NCBI GenBank assembly: GCA_000182565.2
Contig: KQ257456.1
DNA: 64,000 nt
Reading direction: 5' to 3' (one strand)
Origin: Spizellomyces punctatus DAOM BR117
Lineage: Eukaryota
The position numbers and the translations under genes were made by a program. The notes under the pieces are model-generated. The model had not been told where the DNA came from. It did not search any database and saw only the letters and a list, made by a program, of their open reading frames with translations. This document shows, in pieces, positions 11,801 to 25,902 of the stretch; the stretch's first letter is position 1; every line of letters begins with the position of its first letter.

Positions 11801-13737
11801 GATGAAAAGAGATTAGAATGAAAATGTGTAATGCTGACTGAATGATAATGATGCTACACAACAACTGTGCCAATATATTGGTTACGTGCTTTATGCCTTG
11901 AAATCAACTGCTGCGCCTCGGAACAAAGAGGCTTTTTACAGCTCATTCACCCCTTTAGGTTTTGCATCCGATTCTCCTGCTCCATTCGTGCCCTTGTCTT
12001 AGTATCTAGTCAAAACAACGTTGCAGGAATAGGAACATGTATTGGAGCAAATAAATCACTTTTCAAAGACATCATCCATCATGCATTTGCCAACTTGTCT
12101 ATTCCTGGACGATTTCAAAAGGATTCAGAGTCAAGCCTCTTTACGGCAAAATACGGACGCAAAAAATTATTTCAATACGAGTTTCGCAATTTTGTAAATG
12201 TCCGCAAAACGCCAAAATCCCTCGTGCGTGCATGAGATTGCCCGTTCCAACGGATCAAAGGTCCGAAAACCAGTTTCTCGGTGCCATTGCCTTTTTCGTT
12301 CCATTTTTCAAAATGGTGCCAAACGAGACAGCACTGTGTTTACCTTTCCAGACGATTGCCCTCGTGCTTGACTTTTCCCTCTTTTCCACTTGATGGTCAG
12401 AATGCAATCATGTTGTCATACTTTCCATTGAATGACGGATTTGGTCGTAAGCGTTGCTGATTAAGACAAAGGGTAAACATTCACGACGAGTCAGCAGGGC
12501 AGAGGCGTTAACAATTTGGCCCCAACAAGAAAAAAAGAAAAGCTGATAGTGGGAGGCTTGGACAGTCGCGGGAGACGGAAATGTTAAATGGAGGCGGATT
12601 TGTTTCTTGAATAGCACGCAAAACGCAACGCTGGGCCCTGTTAAAAAGTTTCTCCTTGTTTGGTCTGGACTCGTTCTGTCCCCCGCAAATGTTTGTGGCC
12701 GTGTGCATTTCCACCTTCCAGGAGAGGGTCCAAGACGCGTTTCGGTACTAATCCGGAGACGCAAATTTGCGTTCGGCCACATTGGATCTCCACGACCCCC
12801 GGCTGTGTCTTTCCCAAAGTGACTATAAATTCCGTAATGTGGCTTGAATGTTGTGGTCGTCCGACAAACACCCTCAAGAATTTTATTCGCGTGCTTATCT
12901 CGATTTGCGAGCGTTTCGGAGCCATACGGAGGGGGAGGGGCGTCTTTCTTGGTCAGTTGCATACTTTCTCCCCACGCCCTAAAACTTGCGTAGTGTTTTG
13001 TTTGTTGTGTGTTCTGCCTCCCCCAGTGTGTGTGTAAAACTTCTGCCTGCAAACGCACACAAAGCAACGCACACGCACACACAGGCATTTCTTGTGGGTA
13101 AACAAGGAACCAAAAAAAAAAAACAAGGAACATCATTTCCCCCTCCGTCCTCCGTCCTTCCTTCCTTCCTAGCTCCTTGGCCCCTCCCCCCCGTCCAGCA
13201 ACAAACAAAAGACTCTCTCGTGCGTTTTTCTCGTCGACTCAAAAAAAAAGAGTTCATCATCGATATCCAGAGAGCAATCATTGTCTCTTTTTGATGGACA
13301 CGAGAGGGACGTGAACCCTTGGCTTTTGTTACCGGGATTTTCATACGCTGTCCCTTTTTTGCTTTTTCTTTCGAGTACCGTTCGAGGCTTTATTCCGGTG
13401 TTCGGCCTTCTTGCATTCATCCCCCAGACGAGCGAGTCGTGGTTTAAAAGGACGACACGCGCCCAAAGGTCCCTTTTCACTACGTCTACTTGCTCGCGTG
13501 TTTTATTTTTTTTTCTGTTGACGTTCGATTTATCTTCTGATACTCGTTTTCACACTGTGAGTTTCTCGTCGTTTTGTGGGTGTTGTTTTCAAGAGCGGCC
13601 CTGTCGTCGTTTGTTGGTCCTCGTTGCTGCATGCGTTTTGATTGTCGTCTCATCGACAATTGTCGCGTCTTTTTTTCGTCGCTTTGACAGATCAAGTCAA
13701 AGACCTGTCAATTCCCTGTTGTTCCAAAGGATCCGTC

Positions 13738-14970
13738 ATGAACGTCCACCAAACCCACATGGACCCAAACATGTTTGCCGCCACGCTGGGTAATGAGTTC
13801 TCTTACGAACAATGGCTTGGTAACGATCATCAAACCGCAACGTTTATTGCGAGCACGTCAATCGAGCAGCAGCAGCAGCAAGAGCACCAACAACAACAGC
13901 AACAACAGCAACAACAGCAAGTCGACTATTTCTCTCACAACCCAACGACGCCCATGTCAGCAAGAAATACCTGGAATCCTGTTATGCCAGCAGCCCTGTT
14001 GCCGCCTTCCCCTACGTCTTCCGCACAAGACGATGAATTGCGCACGCTGCTCGAGCCACTTGACCAGCAGTATTTGACAGCCAACTTCCCGGCGCCGTCT
14101 ATGGTGTCACCTGCCGTACGCTACATGACGCCGGCTGCCGAATTGCCTCCAGGCCCGTCAATGACAACGGCTTGCATGCCTCCCCAGCTGGACACTACAG
14201 CATTGACAGACAACTGGTTGCTGTTGCAGCCCTATCCACAGCCGTATCCATCCCCACCTCTACCGTTGGCGGCCGAATCCTTCTCACCGCCTCCCGCCGT
14301 TGCCTCCCTTCCACACCTATCTCGACCTGCAGTACCTTCATCTCCCAGGTCAAAAGCGCACTCGTCAAAATCCTTGGGGAAAATCGGCTCGGGTCCTTCC
14401 GGCTCTTCAGCATCCATCAAGGCCTTCCCGTGTGAAATATGCGGAAAAGTTTTCAATCGCTCCTACAACCAGCAGCAGCACATGCTCATTGTACATGCAC
14501 CTGTACGCACAAAGTCATTCATCTGTACCGAAGAAGGCTGCGATAAGTCTTGTAAGTGTTTGTTTAACTTGTACAGTCATATTGCCCTGGTGCTAACTTT
14601 TTAAACCAAAACAGACTATCGTGCAGCGGATTTACAGCGACACAAACGTGTCCACGGCATTGCCAAAACGTCCCAGGACACGTCAGCTGTAGGAGCCACT
14701 GCCGTTTCTCGCTTTACGTGCTCGACTTGTCCAAAGACCTTCCTACGGAATGATCAACTCCGCCGTCACGCAAAGCGGTGTCCAGGTTCATCGTGCGCCG
14801 GCTCAATGTCGCCAAACTTACAGATTGTCACATCCTTTTGCGATGAGACGCCTTCGATAATGTTCTCTCCTAACAACATGGATGTTGTGGGCCACCAAGC
14901 CCCTCTTGTTTTCATTGCCCCGCACCCGACAGAACTGTGCAGTCGCGGATGGTCTGATCGCCTGGATTAG
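13738..14970 (+). CDS. C2H2 zinc-finger transcription factor (three fingers, poly-Q, Pro-rich)
   Basis: FPCEICGKVFNRSYNQQQHMLIVH; FICTEEGCDKS|YYRAADLQRHKRVH across the intron at about 14552-14613; FTCSTCPKTFLRNDQLRRHAKRC; stop at 14968-14970. Confidence 0.9.
13866..13920 (+). repeat. CAG/CAA microsatellite encoding poly-Q
   Basis: cagcagcagcagcaa...caacaacaacagcaacaacagcaacaacagcaa. Confidence 0.85.
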
Positions 14971-15742
14971 GCACCTGGGTCGAGTAGTTTTTCATTTGGA
15001 ATACCACATTTATCTTTTTTTTTTTCTCTTCATACTTGTAAATACTATTCTTGAAGTAATGGAATGGGACATTTTTGAAAATCTGGAAGAGTTTGTAATA
15101 GGAAAAACAATTGAAGCATTCGTGGCTTGCACCTCCGGCAGCACCGGCCTGTATTATATAACCAAAGGCACATGTTGTAGACTTGTGACGTCAGCGCCCA
15201 GACACTTGGATTTCGTTGCGCGGACAGATCTCCCATCTTTCAAGATTGGCCATCACACTGAATGAACGCACAGATTGCTCTGTGGTAATCCTGTAAAACA
15301 ATGAGCGCCGAACGTCCAGACACTATAGAGCTAAAGCTCTTTCACAACAATTTCGCAAAGTACGCGTTTGTCAAAGGTTGTTTTGCAGAAACACTGTTTT
15401 TTTTCGCATTGCGCATTTTTGTCCTCATAACCATCTATGCACAACAGACTCTGACCTTAGCTACGACGGGATTATCAACGTATCTCTTCAGCGACACCTT
15501 TGCAACGAGTAGTCTGAGGAAATGGCTCATTCTTTATATTTAGGCTTTCGAAAATACTTTTACAGGCTTCGATCATAAACATTTTGGAATAGAGTTTTAT
15601 GATGGATCGCATTATGTAGAATTGAAGGGTGAGAACAAGAAGGTTTACCGTTACTTTTTAGTAACGGATGTATAACAGATGAAACAAATAGGCGACCAAA
15701 ACCATCTTCGGGTGTTGCGGGAGACGATCAAACGGAGCGAAA

Positions 15743-17525
15743 ATGGACGAAAGGGCATGCTTCGCTCGGTTGAGCATCAATTGGAGTTTTTGGGTATGGA
15801 AACGTCAAGCATCTCTACAATTGTGGAGGCTTCCGTTCGGTGAGCCTGGAACACTTGCTATGATGCTGGAAACCGATCTCAATGACCTCTGCCGTTTTGA
15901 TCCCGGTAGCTTGTACGAAAAACTGTCCAAAGTGCACAGAATGAGGCTAAAACTTGACCATCTAAAATCCATAATCATTGTCACAAAGGTGTGTGGTCGA
16001 ATCATGTTTTCTTGACGGCTGCTAAAATAGTACAAACGTGTCATTCAGCCACGAGAGCCCTCCCTTGTTCCATTAACAAAAGAAGTCGCCATATGGATAA
16101 TATGTCATTTCTGCGTCGATGTATATGTGGGCGAGCCATTCAAGGAGCGGACCGAGTTTGGGTATGACTCCCTCATCAAGGATGAGACCATTAAAAAGCG
16201 CCTCAAGTTTTGGACGGAAGACGGGGTTAAAGCGAATGCTGAGAATATAAGTCTGGCGGTCACACTTGGAGGCGATGGAACTGTATTGTACACCGGTAAT
16301 GTTATTGTCTGGGTACTGGAACGCATATTTCAGCAACCTCTAATAAGAGTGTTGCACCGTGTGCTGGTATTCAGCTAGCCTCTTTCAAGTAAGTCTTTCG
16401 TCGATCCTGTTTTAAGATGCCTGCAACCTAATGAAATATTGATTACAGAAAGCTGTCCCACCGGTCATGTCCTTCCATCTCGGCTCGCTGGGGTTTCTCA
16501 CAAATTTTCAAATCAACGAATATCGACAGTCTCTCAAAAGCGTGTTGAGTGGAGAAGGACATCATGTTAATTTACGACAGCGATTGAGCTGTGCTGTATA
16601 CCGGTGGAAACTTCCCGTCCCTCAGCCCAGTACCGTCACGCATTGTACGCGGCATGACGTGGTGCGGACAAATGGTGGATGTAAAGACTGTGAGGAATGG
16701 CCGACGGGGGATCCAGATTTTGGCACGCAGGTGTTGAATGAGTTGGTCCTTGATCGAGTAGGTTATCTGTTTGTTGATATTGCAGTTTGATATCGTTGCT
16801 AATGCTGTCCAGGGACCCAACCCAGGGCTTTTGATGCTCGAGTTGTATGTACATGATGAAAGTATCGTATCTTGGGCAAGCGTTGATCATCTTGCTGTTT
16901 TGCAGATACGTGGATAACATGTACCTCACCACAATACAAGCCGATGGTCTCGTTGTTGCGACTAGTACTGGTTCAACGGCGTATTCGGTAGGATTCACAA
17001 GACGCAATACTAAGAGCACAGCTAACATGATGCTAACATGATCTAATGGTTGACAACGAACTGCAGCTGAGTGCAGGTGGATCACTTGGTAAGTTGTATA
17101 TCGCGCACTTGGGTCTTAGGAACCACTTTACGCATTCAATTGAAAACAGTACACCCCGATAAAAGTGCAATTCTGATCACACCTATATGTGCACATACGT
17201 TGACGTGCCGTCCTATGATTCTTCCTGGGCGGATGAATTTGAGGATCTGCGTGTCACCAAATAGCCGTTCAACGGCATGGGTAGGAAGTTCACATCTTGC
17301 AGCTTTTGTGGAAATGTTGAGAAACCATAATTTAATCCTGTCCTTCAGGCCGGTTTCGACGCACGCGATCGAATGGAGCTAAATAAGGCCGATTCTGTAT
17401 GCGTAACGGCATCGCGATATCCGTTCTTGCAGATATGCCACGATGATCAGACAAAGGACTGGTGCCGTTCACTGATTTCTAGTCTACATTGGAATGAGCG
17501 GGAGCACCAAAAACCGTTGTTGTAG
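15743..17525 (+). CDS. NAD(H) kinase (multi-exon; start uncertain, may lie further upstream)
   Basis: TLGGDGTVL, FHLGSLGFL, VLNELVLDR, QADGLVVATSTGSTAYS, ITPICAHTLTCRP, LHWNEREHQKP. Confidence 0.92.
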
Positions 17526-17638
17526 AGTGGTGCGTTACCATATTGCCTGCCATGGACTTTTGTGTTTCCAGGTAGATCCATGAAGTGTTGGTAGCTCTAG
17601 CATTCTTTGCAAGATTTCTCTTTATATTAATAGATAGT

Positions 17639-19536
17639 TTACAATTTCAAATGCCGTAGTCTCCTCCTCTCAATCATGCGTAAAATCTGTTCTCCTGAAA
17701 GTGCAGCCGTAGGATCGTTTAGCTTGGCACCTGGTACATCACCTTCCTCAACCCTCGTTGATAAACTCTTTCGAGCGGTCCTGGTTGTGCTGGTCCTCTT
17801 TTTGCCACTCCCCTTTCTAGCTCCCTTTTTTTGGGCGCTCCCACTTCTACTCTTTTCTACCTGGTCCAGCATTTGCAAAAGGTCCTCTGGTGTAGTCACG
17901 GATCTTCGAGGGGAAAAGATCCGCACTGCTTGTCGTCCAAGAGGTACATCCTCGTCGGGGTCTACATAATCTGGAAGTGGTGAAGGACTGGCGGTACGTG
18001 GAAGGAGATGATGTGGATGCTCATTGCTTGGGGGAGCATTGCACGGTGTTGGAGGTCTGTGACGCAAGCGTCGTGTTCGGTCGATGGATTGAAGGAGGAG
18101 AACACGGATTTCGTGAACGTTTTTATAAGCGGGGCCAAAGTAGCGGCGGAGAATGTGTTGTGGTACGTTGCTGATGATAATGAAAGGCAGGAAGAATGAG
18201 CAAAAGCTGATCAAACACATATTCACAACAAAAAAGCGGAGCGTTACCCTTGCTCAACAAGATCGATCATGGAAAGATGGTCTGGTTCGGCTTCGTTATT
18301 TTCAATTACAAAGCGAAGGCGGCGAAGCGCAATCTAAAAGGTAAATGCAATTGACATCAACATCTCCTCAATCAATGTGTGCAAAAGTGGTTTTCCAATA
18401 CCCACTTGTTCAATCCTATATTGATCAATATTGCTCCGCACTGTCTGCATCTTTGTCAACGATGCTGGTAAATACGTCACAGGGAGCTTGTGTTCAGTTG
18501 CGAGCGGTAGACTGGACAGGGATACGCCAGACATCATGGGATCGTCGCTGGATGCGGTAGCCGAGGGAAGACTTTGGTTTGGCGAACGACGTGTGTGAGA
18601 GTTTGACTGACCACTACGACCGGAAAGTGGTCTTTTGGCGGACATTGGGCGAGATGGAGCTGGTGAAGCTTTCGTACTGCGGCATTTGTGAACGGTTTAT
18701 ATCAAAAATATGCCAAGGAGTACGGCCTCTTGTACAGTACCTTTTAGTTTCCGTCCCAGCATTTTCGGCATCCGTACTCTTTTTGATGAGTACAGCAGGG
18801 TTGTCTGGCACTTGCTCAAAGCGCAACAAGGATTTTGCGGAATCGTCCACTTGCACATCTGCCTTCCCTGATGGTGGCTCGTCTAATGAATGGTTCTCCT
18901 TTTGCTTTGATTTCTGGAATGTGCGTCAAGGTCAAACCAAGCGACAGATCGCCAAACCTAGCCTCCCAACTCGCCTGTTTCAATTCCTTCTTCCATCCCC
19001 CGTCGACCTTTTCAGTTAATCTTCCTCTCCCGCCTCCCACACCACTTCCCTCCACATCAATATCATCAGGGCCCCAGTTGAGTAGCTTTCGTGTTGGTAC
19101 CGGAGAGGTGGAGGAAGCTGGGACTGGTTGGTGTCGACCAGTGTCGTAGATGGTCGCTTGGATATGTCCTAATGGTACGGGGTCTGCATCATTGCCAAAA
19201 ACAAAAAAAAAAAGTCAGAAAAGTAGTTAGGTTATGACAGTTTGGACAAACGAATCAAGAGGAAGTGACCTGGAGGCTTAATATGACGTCTGGCTGCGCT
19301 TAACGGTTTCGGTACATGGGCTGAGGGAAGCTGGAAGGTGACTTTTCGCTCTGCTGTAAACAGATGGCGTGTAAATGCCTCGTCGCAGGACACCAGTCTT
19401 TTGTCTGTGTACACAAGCAAAGCACACCATTCTCCGCACGGATATCAACACCTCTTGTCAAATCAACCACCAATCGCTCCGGGCTCTCAGCCGCTGACCA
19501 TCTGCCATGCTGCCCATGAACCGCATCATCAAGCAT
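17639..19536 (-). CDS. Hypothetical multi-exon protein
   Basis: Chain of minus-strand ORFs linked by plausible GT-AG introns; no domain recognised. Confidence 0.55.
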
Positions 19537-21523
19537 GATAGTAGCGATCGTGAAAAGAAAAAGGCAAGGAGCTTTGGACGTGCCACCATATCAGAACATG
19601 CTGTTTCGGCTTGACATGTTTTTTTTGGGAACATTTGGAATGATCCTTGATTTTTTGATCCGGGTGAGGGTCATGTCTGAGCAAATCGTGTGTGGACTTG
19701 GACTGCTGATTGCCATGTACTCAAAGATACAGTACTATGTATCGCATTTTTTTAACGTCATTGAGATGATATAGCTGAGGCGAGTGGATCAGCGCTTTCC
19801 TCAGGACAAAAACAACATCGAGGAGCAAACCGCTCTCCCCACACCCCAGCCAGGCTGCTTCAAAATATTCCATGAAGAACCTTGCGTATCATACTAGGAA
19901 GAAGAAACCCATATGAGAATAGCGTAATTGGAAGGCATCAGCTGGCGAGGGACGATGAACAAGTGCAGGTGTATCTCAATCTGCTATGATGCCTCGCAGG
20001 CACTCGAGAATGCCTAAATATTGGCGGGCAGAGTGTTTGATGAGGATACGTAGGGGAGGGACAAGCAAAAACAGTGGCATAAAAGTGTACTGATCAAGTA
20101 TTGAAGGATTCAATTTCTCCTCGGCCAAACATCAAAGAAATGGGACACATTCCTTGTGACATGCAACACTTCAATAGCCGGGACTGCCTGTCCTCTCCCA
20201 ACGCGCAGCATTGGCTACCGCTGGTGATAAACTCCAAGTACAGCCTGAGACTAAAACAGCTATCATATCATGGAGGTCTCTTTTTCGGAAGATGAAGCCT
20301 TTTGATGGTATCTCCACTGACCAGCGTGACTATCCCAATTCCAACAAATCACTCCGCGACTGCGCGGCAGTCCCACCAAAGGAATATTTAAACCCACCAT
20401 CACATACAACCTCTTTTCCGCATTTCTATTCTCCCTACTTGTTCAAAGTAGGTCGAGATACCCACAGCCGCTGAGTGATGGTGATGATAGCAGGTAAGTT
20501 ATGGTAAAGGACGAACGATCGAGTACGTATTTATGTATTCTCCGTGTCCTCATGTCTGTAACCGTTATATCTGACAGCTGGCCTGTATTCTTTTGTTTAT
20601 ACTTTTTGAATGGAAGGATATTTGGGGTACTGGGTGAGGTTGTTTGGAGAGGTTTGGTTTTTTGAGATGCTGTTAGTAGTTGGAATATCATGGTGCGCTT
20701 TCAAACCTCCTGGTGTTGGAATATGACGCTGTTATTCTGTTTGAATCCATGATGCGCAAAATGGCAATGCCAATGCCATCAACTCTGGCATCCTCGCGCC
20801 CTAAGTCAAGTGGTGACGTTTATGTACCTAAACATTCAACTTTTGATTCTTCATTAAAATAGAGAGGAAAAGTGTGCATTGGCCAAGATAAATGTAAAGT
20901 ATTTCTGTCTGGGTGTTTGGCAAAAGCAGCATGTATTCTTAAGGTTATCGATACAATTCCAGATATGTATCCGGAAGAATTAAATATCTGACAAGGCCTA
21001 TTGTTGACTGGTGTTCGCATTACCAATATCGTCAACAGATGTTGCTGCTTCCCGCCGATGCATGGCATTACCTGCGGCAGACACAGGAACAGGTAACGAG
21101 GTCTGGCTGCTGTCTTTGGATTCGTCGTGTACGTGGGATGTCGTGGAGGCCTGATGTACCCGAGTGTATCGCTCAGCGTTACGCAGATGTGGAGACGGGG
21201 TGGATCCTGGTGCTGCGGGATGAACAAGGGGTTAGCGAGTAGCCAGAGGAATTCGCATGATGAAATTAGCACCTACTTATGAGATTCTTTTCGGACGACA
21301 CCCATTGGCGGACCGGCGCCTTGTCTTTTCCAAGTGAATTCAATGTTACGAAATAATATAAGAAAATCATCTTACCAGTGCCTCTACATGAAATGTACAA
21401 TGATATATCTCTCAAAATTTCAAGGACCTCCCTATCCGTAAAGTTTCCTTCGAATCGCTCCGCACGCGGGAGAATGTCGACACCCGCGCTTGCTGCCAGT
21501 CCTTTGTTCAAAACAGCGCTTTT

Positions 21524-22042
21524 TTAGACTTCATTAACCATAATCATGTGTATCGGAAACAAAAGAACAATACCTGAGTCCAGCTCAGGTGCGGAAACAG
21601 CCATCCCGCCCATGGCGCCCGTGACTTCCTCCAACCCTGTGTCAGAGCTACCGGTTGAAGTCGACAGATGTACCCGGACTTTAAGAACGGACGAGTCGTC
21701 TTTAGCATCATTTCGTACTATGAAAATGTTATTTGTCATTAGAATGATCGGGACAGATAGCACAATGCCAGCAAGTCCAAGCTTACGAATCTCCTCGACA
21801 TCCTCATTTGATGCAACCGTAATCACGTCTCCATCCGCATCACGATACTGCAGACAAAACGAATCTTCATACTGCGGTAGTTGGTATAGATTGAATATCT
21901 AAGAGGAACAACCGGTTACCTCACGCAACACGGATCGATAGTCATGTATACGCACCTTGCGTCGAATAGTCTGATATGTAACCTGTGATCGCTCGATACT
22001 AAACCGCCGGCAGTCATCTTTTAACCAAGCTTTTACAATCAT
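21524..22042 (-). CDS. PB1-domain protein (3' end uncertain; possible further exons to about 21060)
   Basis: MIVKAWLKDDCRRF (conserved PB1 Lys and RRF) spliced to FCLQYRDADGDVITVASNEDVEE (OPCA motif). Confidence 0.7.
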
Positions 22043-23070
22043 GATCTGATGCTGTGTTGCTGGTTTGGCGCACGCATTATGATGTCCAATGATTGACGAT
22101 GAACGACATCATGATAAATGGCACGACCGGGGCCAGTGCTCATAGAGTATCTGATATTACATTAACGCAAAGGTATTTTACATTGCCATATCTGCAAAGC
22201 TTTTCGGATAAATTACTTAAATTGGCGGAATGCAGCATTTAGTTAACGTTGATTCTATTTTCAAGCCACAAATATTCATATTGCCTCAATGCTCGGACAA
22301 GTAAACCTGGAAATGTTTTCAATTAGCAAGGCACTCGTCCCAAACCCTGCAGTGTGTCCTCCACACATTCCAGTAACTCAAGTACTACACGAGGAAGTAT
22401 CAGGCGGTGTTCTTGCCGGACAACCAGTGTTCAAATATCGTTTAAAAAGGGACTTGGGGAGTTGCACTCACTTGACAGGACTGAGCGTGATTCGAAAGAT
22501 ACGCTTCTAACCTTCCAAACGGTATACCAGTACCTAACTGTACCCCAACGGTAAACCGTAGCACTGAAAGTAAGAGTACAAACGTAAGGGACATTGAGAG
22601 TCTGCTTTTTGAAATATGGACACAAGAAGGCTTGTTTTCACGACGCTGGGAGCGGTGAATGGACACTTTCATCAGTCAATCAGTAGAAATATGAAGTGCA
22701 CTAATAAAGAGATACGCATATCCCTCATTGTCACCTCTCTTACCTTCTGCTGGGCTTCGTTTTGTAAAAATCTGACGTTACAACTAACCGCCCATCCAGT
22801 TTCCTGCAGCCATCTCTCAACCATTTCTGCATGTCCGATCCTCCGCTCGAGATTGGAGAGTGATTAAAATGATGTACTGGGTAAAGACGACACCTGTGTG
22901 TTTAAGATCTGCTGGAAACACTGGACGTAAAGAACATGCAAGCACTGAGGACATTTGTCGATGATTGTAAAGTCCGACACGAAGCACAGCCACTTGTAAT
23001 TTAGCCTAATCAGTATGAAATGAAGTTGTTTTGACATCCAAGCTCTTCTGCTCTTGGGCAGTGCTACAGG

Positions 23071-25902
23071 ATGGAGCGGGGTAACATTGGTAGCATTCCC
23101 TCGGTATTTCAAAGCTCAATTCTCCGAGCGGACTCTCGAGACCATACGCCGTTATGGGATGGCCCCGGTTCTGGGCAGCGTAGCAGGTCTCGAGGGCGCT
23201 TCGTCCCCGACCGAAACGTTATTCCGACCACGCCCTGTCCTAGATGCGGAAAAATGGGGCACTGGGCTCGGTATTGTCCAAATCAGTCAATTGGCGAATC
23301 CCCACGAAGACCACCTTCCTGGCATACTGGGCGAGAGGTTGGAAGATTGGTACTGCAACACCCCGGAAGAAGCGCACTAGACTCATGCTTACGTTTAGGC
23401 TACCGGAAAGAGGCCTTTTTCTTCAAGAGATTCAAATCTATTTGGGACTAACCGCCATGACTTTGGCCACCAGCCAGTGAATTATGACGTCAAAAACAAG
23501 AGGCCGAGACTGGATTCACCGTCTTCCAGTCCAGAGGTGATACCAGTCAAGGAAGAGGAGGAAGATCAGCCAGTCGCCATTGCCGAGCCAGTCATCCGCG
23601 AAGGTTCGCGCAGAAGGTCACCATCGCCAAATCCCCATGGTGAGAACCTTCGTGAGGAGAGACCGCCTCCAGATCCATTTGAAAGCCTTGTTTCACAACA
23701 CCAAGATCTGCAGTTGGTGGGTTCTATGGTAGCCCGTCGTGGTGCGGATGAAATGCCACTTCAAAGATCAGAAAACGCAAATAAAGCATCTTCATTAAGC
23801 TCCAGTTCCGGAGAGGAATCATCAGATTCAGAGGCTGAGGGACTAAGTCTTGCTCAACTAGCCATTCAGATGGAAAGGCAGCGGCATCGCTTTATTATAT
23901 TCACCGACAAAGCTCGCCGGGCATCTCGGAGGATTGCAAGGCTCACAAGACTTTTAGAACGAGCGGCGGCAAAATCGGCGTCTGAAGTATCACCGCGGTC
24001 TACAATAAATGGCAGATCTCCACGATCCAAACATAATCATTCGTCGCAAATGCAGGACACGCCAGCGGCGGTACAGGCCGGGCCGTCCGAAGGCCATACT
24101 GAACTCAGTTCGCCTCAAGGGAGCTCTCGACGTCAGACAAAATCTAGCACTGAAAATGGCCGTGACGAGTCCTCCAGTTGGCAGCCTGAGACGAAACGCA
24201 CGATATGCACGTTGTACAATTTCAACCGCAGAAAGGTCGGAGAGTTTACGCGAAAGCCTCGATCACTATTATTACCACCAGAGAACCCAGGTCCAGTTCA
24301 AGATACTGTCATAGCATCTACTCTCGACGGGTATGCTACAATTGGTGCTACTCTTTGGTAATGGTATCTGGTACATTTTACTAATTTGCTCCTTCTAGCC
24401 ATCTGCATTTATTTGACCAACGTGGCAAGAGGTATCATGTCTGTTTAAAGTGACCGTAGGCGTTTGTCGCTAATGGGTCTTTTGCGCCATAGTCAATTCC
24501 AGTCAGTTTTACATGAGGAACTGAGGAATTACTGGTCCGAAGATATTGTAAGTGAATCAATTCCTATTTCTACCGTCTTCAGTACTGAATAAGTAAATCG
24601 GGATTCAGGCCTGGGTATCCCCAAACGTCCTTGCTGTTGCTGCTGCCGACAAGTCTGCACAAAACTCCACCAAAGGCGATAAGGCGTCCATTGTTCCCCA
24701 TCAATTGGCACTCCTTTATGATTGTTCAGTAAAAAGGGTGCGCTGACTGTCCCCAACCCTCCGTCCCCGATATTTCTATTGACAAATGCATGACAGGGGA
24801 AATTCACCTACAAAGTACAGCATCTAAGAAACAACATGCCCCACGATAGAGGCATTGCCCTTATATACCCGTTCGCCAATCTGGGGAACAAAACCCGTTG
24901 GTTAACTGGTGGAATGGACAAGAAGATCGTAAGTCTTACGGTGTGTTCTGAGTCGTTAGCCACGTCGTTTAAGGATGTCTCGTTCACTTTCCAGTTCTTG
25001 TGGAGTTTTGATGGGTCCTTTTGGGGGAATCAGGATGACTATACCAAGGTCAATCATATTAGCATTCACACGGAGCATACCTCGGCAGTCCAGGGAATAT
25101 ATTACAATCCGCACAGCGAGGTACTATATTCTGGTGGTCTGGACTCGCGACTGGTTGGATGGTCTCTGGCTGAAGGGAGAAATACGCTACCATTCGAACG
25201 TATGGAGGGAAAAGTAAGTAGAGTACCTGCAACTTTCAGAGCGCAAACATTTTTCAACATCCCATCATGTAGATCAGGGACATCAGCGGCATTCCAACAC
25301 ATCCACAGCTGTTGCTTCTCGGGTAAGTTGGAAAAAGTCCTGTCCTGTACTGCCTGTCATGTCAACGATTCGCTCATTTTGGTGCTGTATCGTCCAGATT
25401 CGCGGAAAGCAAGAACCAGATGCGCTTATGGGATGAACGGGAGAGAAAGGTTGTTCTGACTTTTGGTCTGAATGAAGGCGCGAGCGAGGATTCGAGTAGG
25501 TCAGATAGCACGAAATATAGACATCATTCTGTGCATCCCAACGGATATCTGGTTTCTCTCGGCCACATCCGGGATGGCACTGTCGCCATTTGGGACAGTA
25601 AGTTTAAAAGGACTTTCCATTTTCTCCGCAAACAGCTCATGATTTTCAACTCTCCAGTGAGACACACCGGCGTACAACAGGGACCTGCACAATCATTGAG
25701 CGGCCATAGTATGTCTGCATGTGCAACAATTTCTCGCGAGGGACGTTACTAATCCTGCATTGCAATAGCCAAACGAGTCATAGTGGCAAAATTCAACGAA
25801 TGGCGGGGGAAAAGCTCAATCATATCACTGGGCCTGGACAATAGCTTGGTGTTTACGGATTATCAGCTTCGAACGGAGGAGATGCCAAAGCAGTTACGAT
25901 GA
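23071..25902 (+). CDS. CCHC zinc-knuckle plus WD40-repeat protein (multi-exon)
   Basis: CPRCGKMGHWARYC; WD motifs WLTGGMDKKI, HTSAVQGI...LYSGGLDSRLVGW, DGTVAIWD, ISLGLDNSL. Confidence 0.75.

Noticed and set aside
12408-13793. Long ORFs (266 aa minus strand, 170 aa plus strand) upstream of the C2H2 gene
   Set aside because: They run through poly-A/T and simple-sequence tracts with no domain signal; more likely a long promoter/5' UTR.
19535-20900. Possible gene or transposon remnant
   Set aside because: Only short, interrupted ORFs with no recognisable motif.
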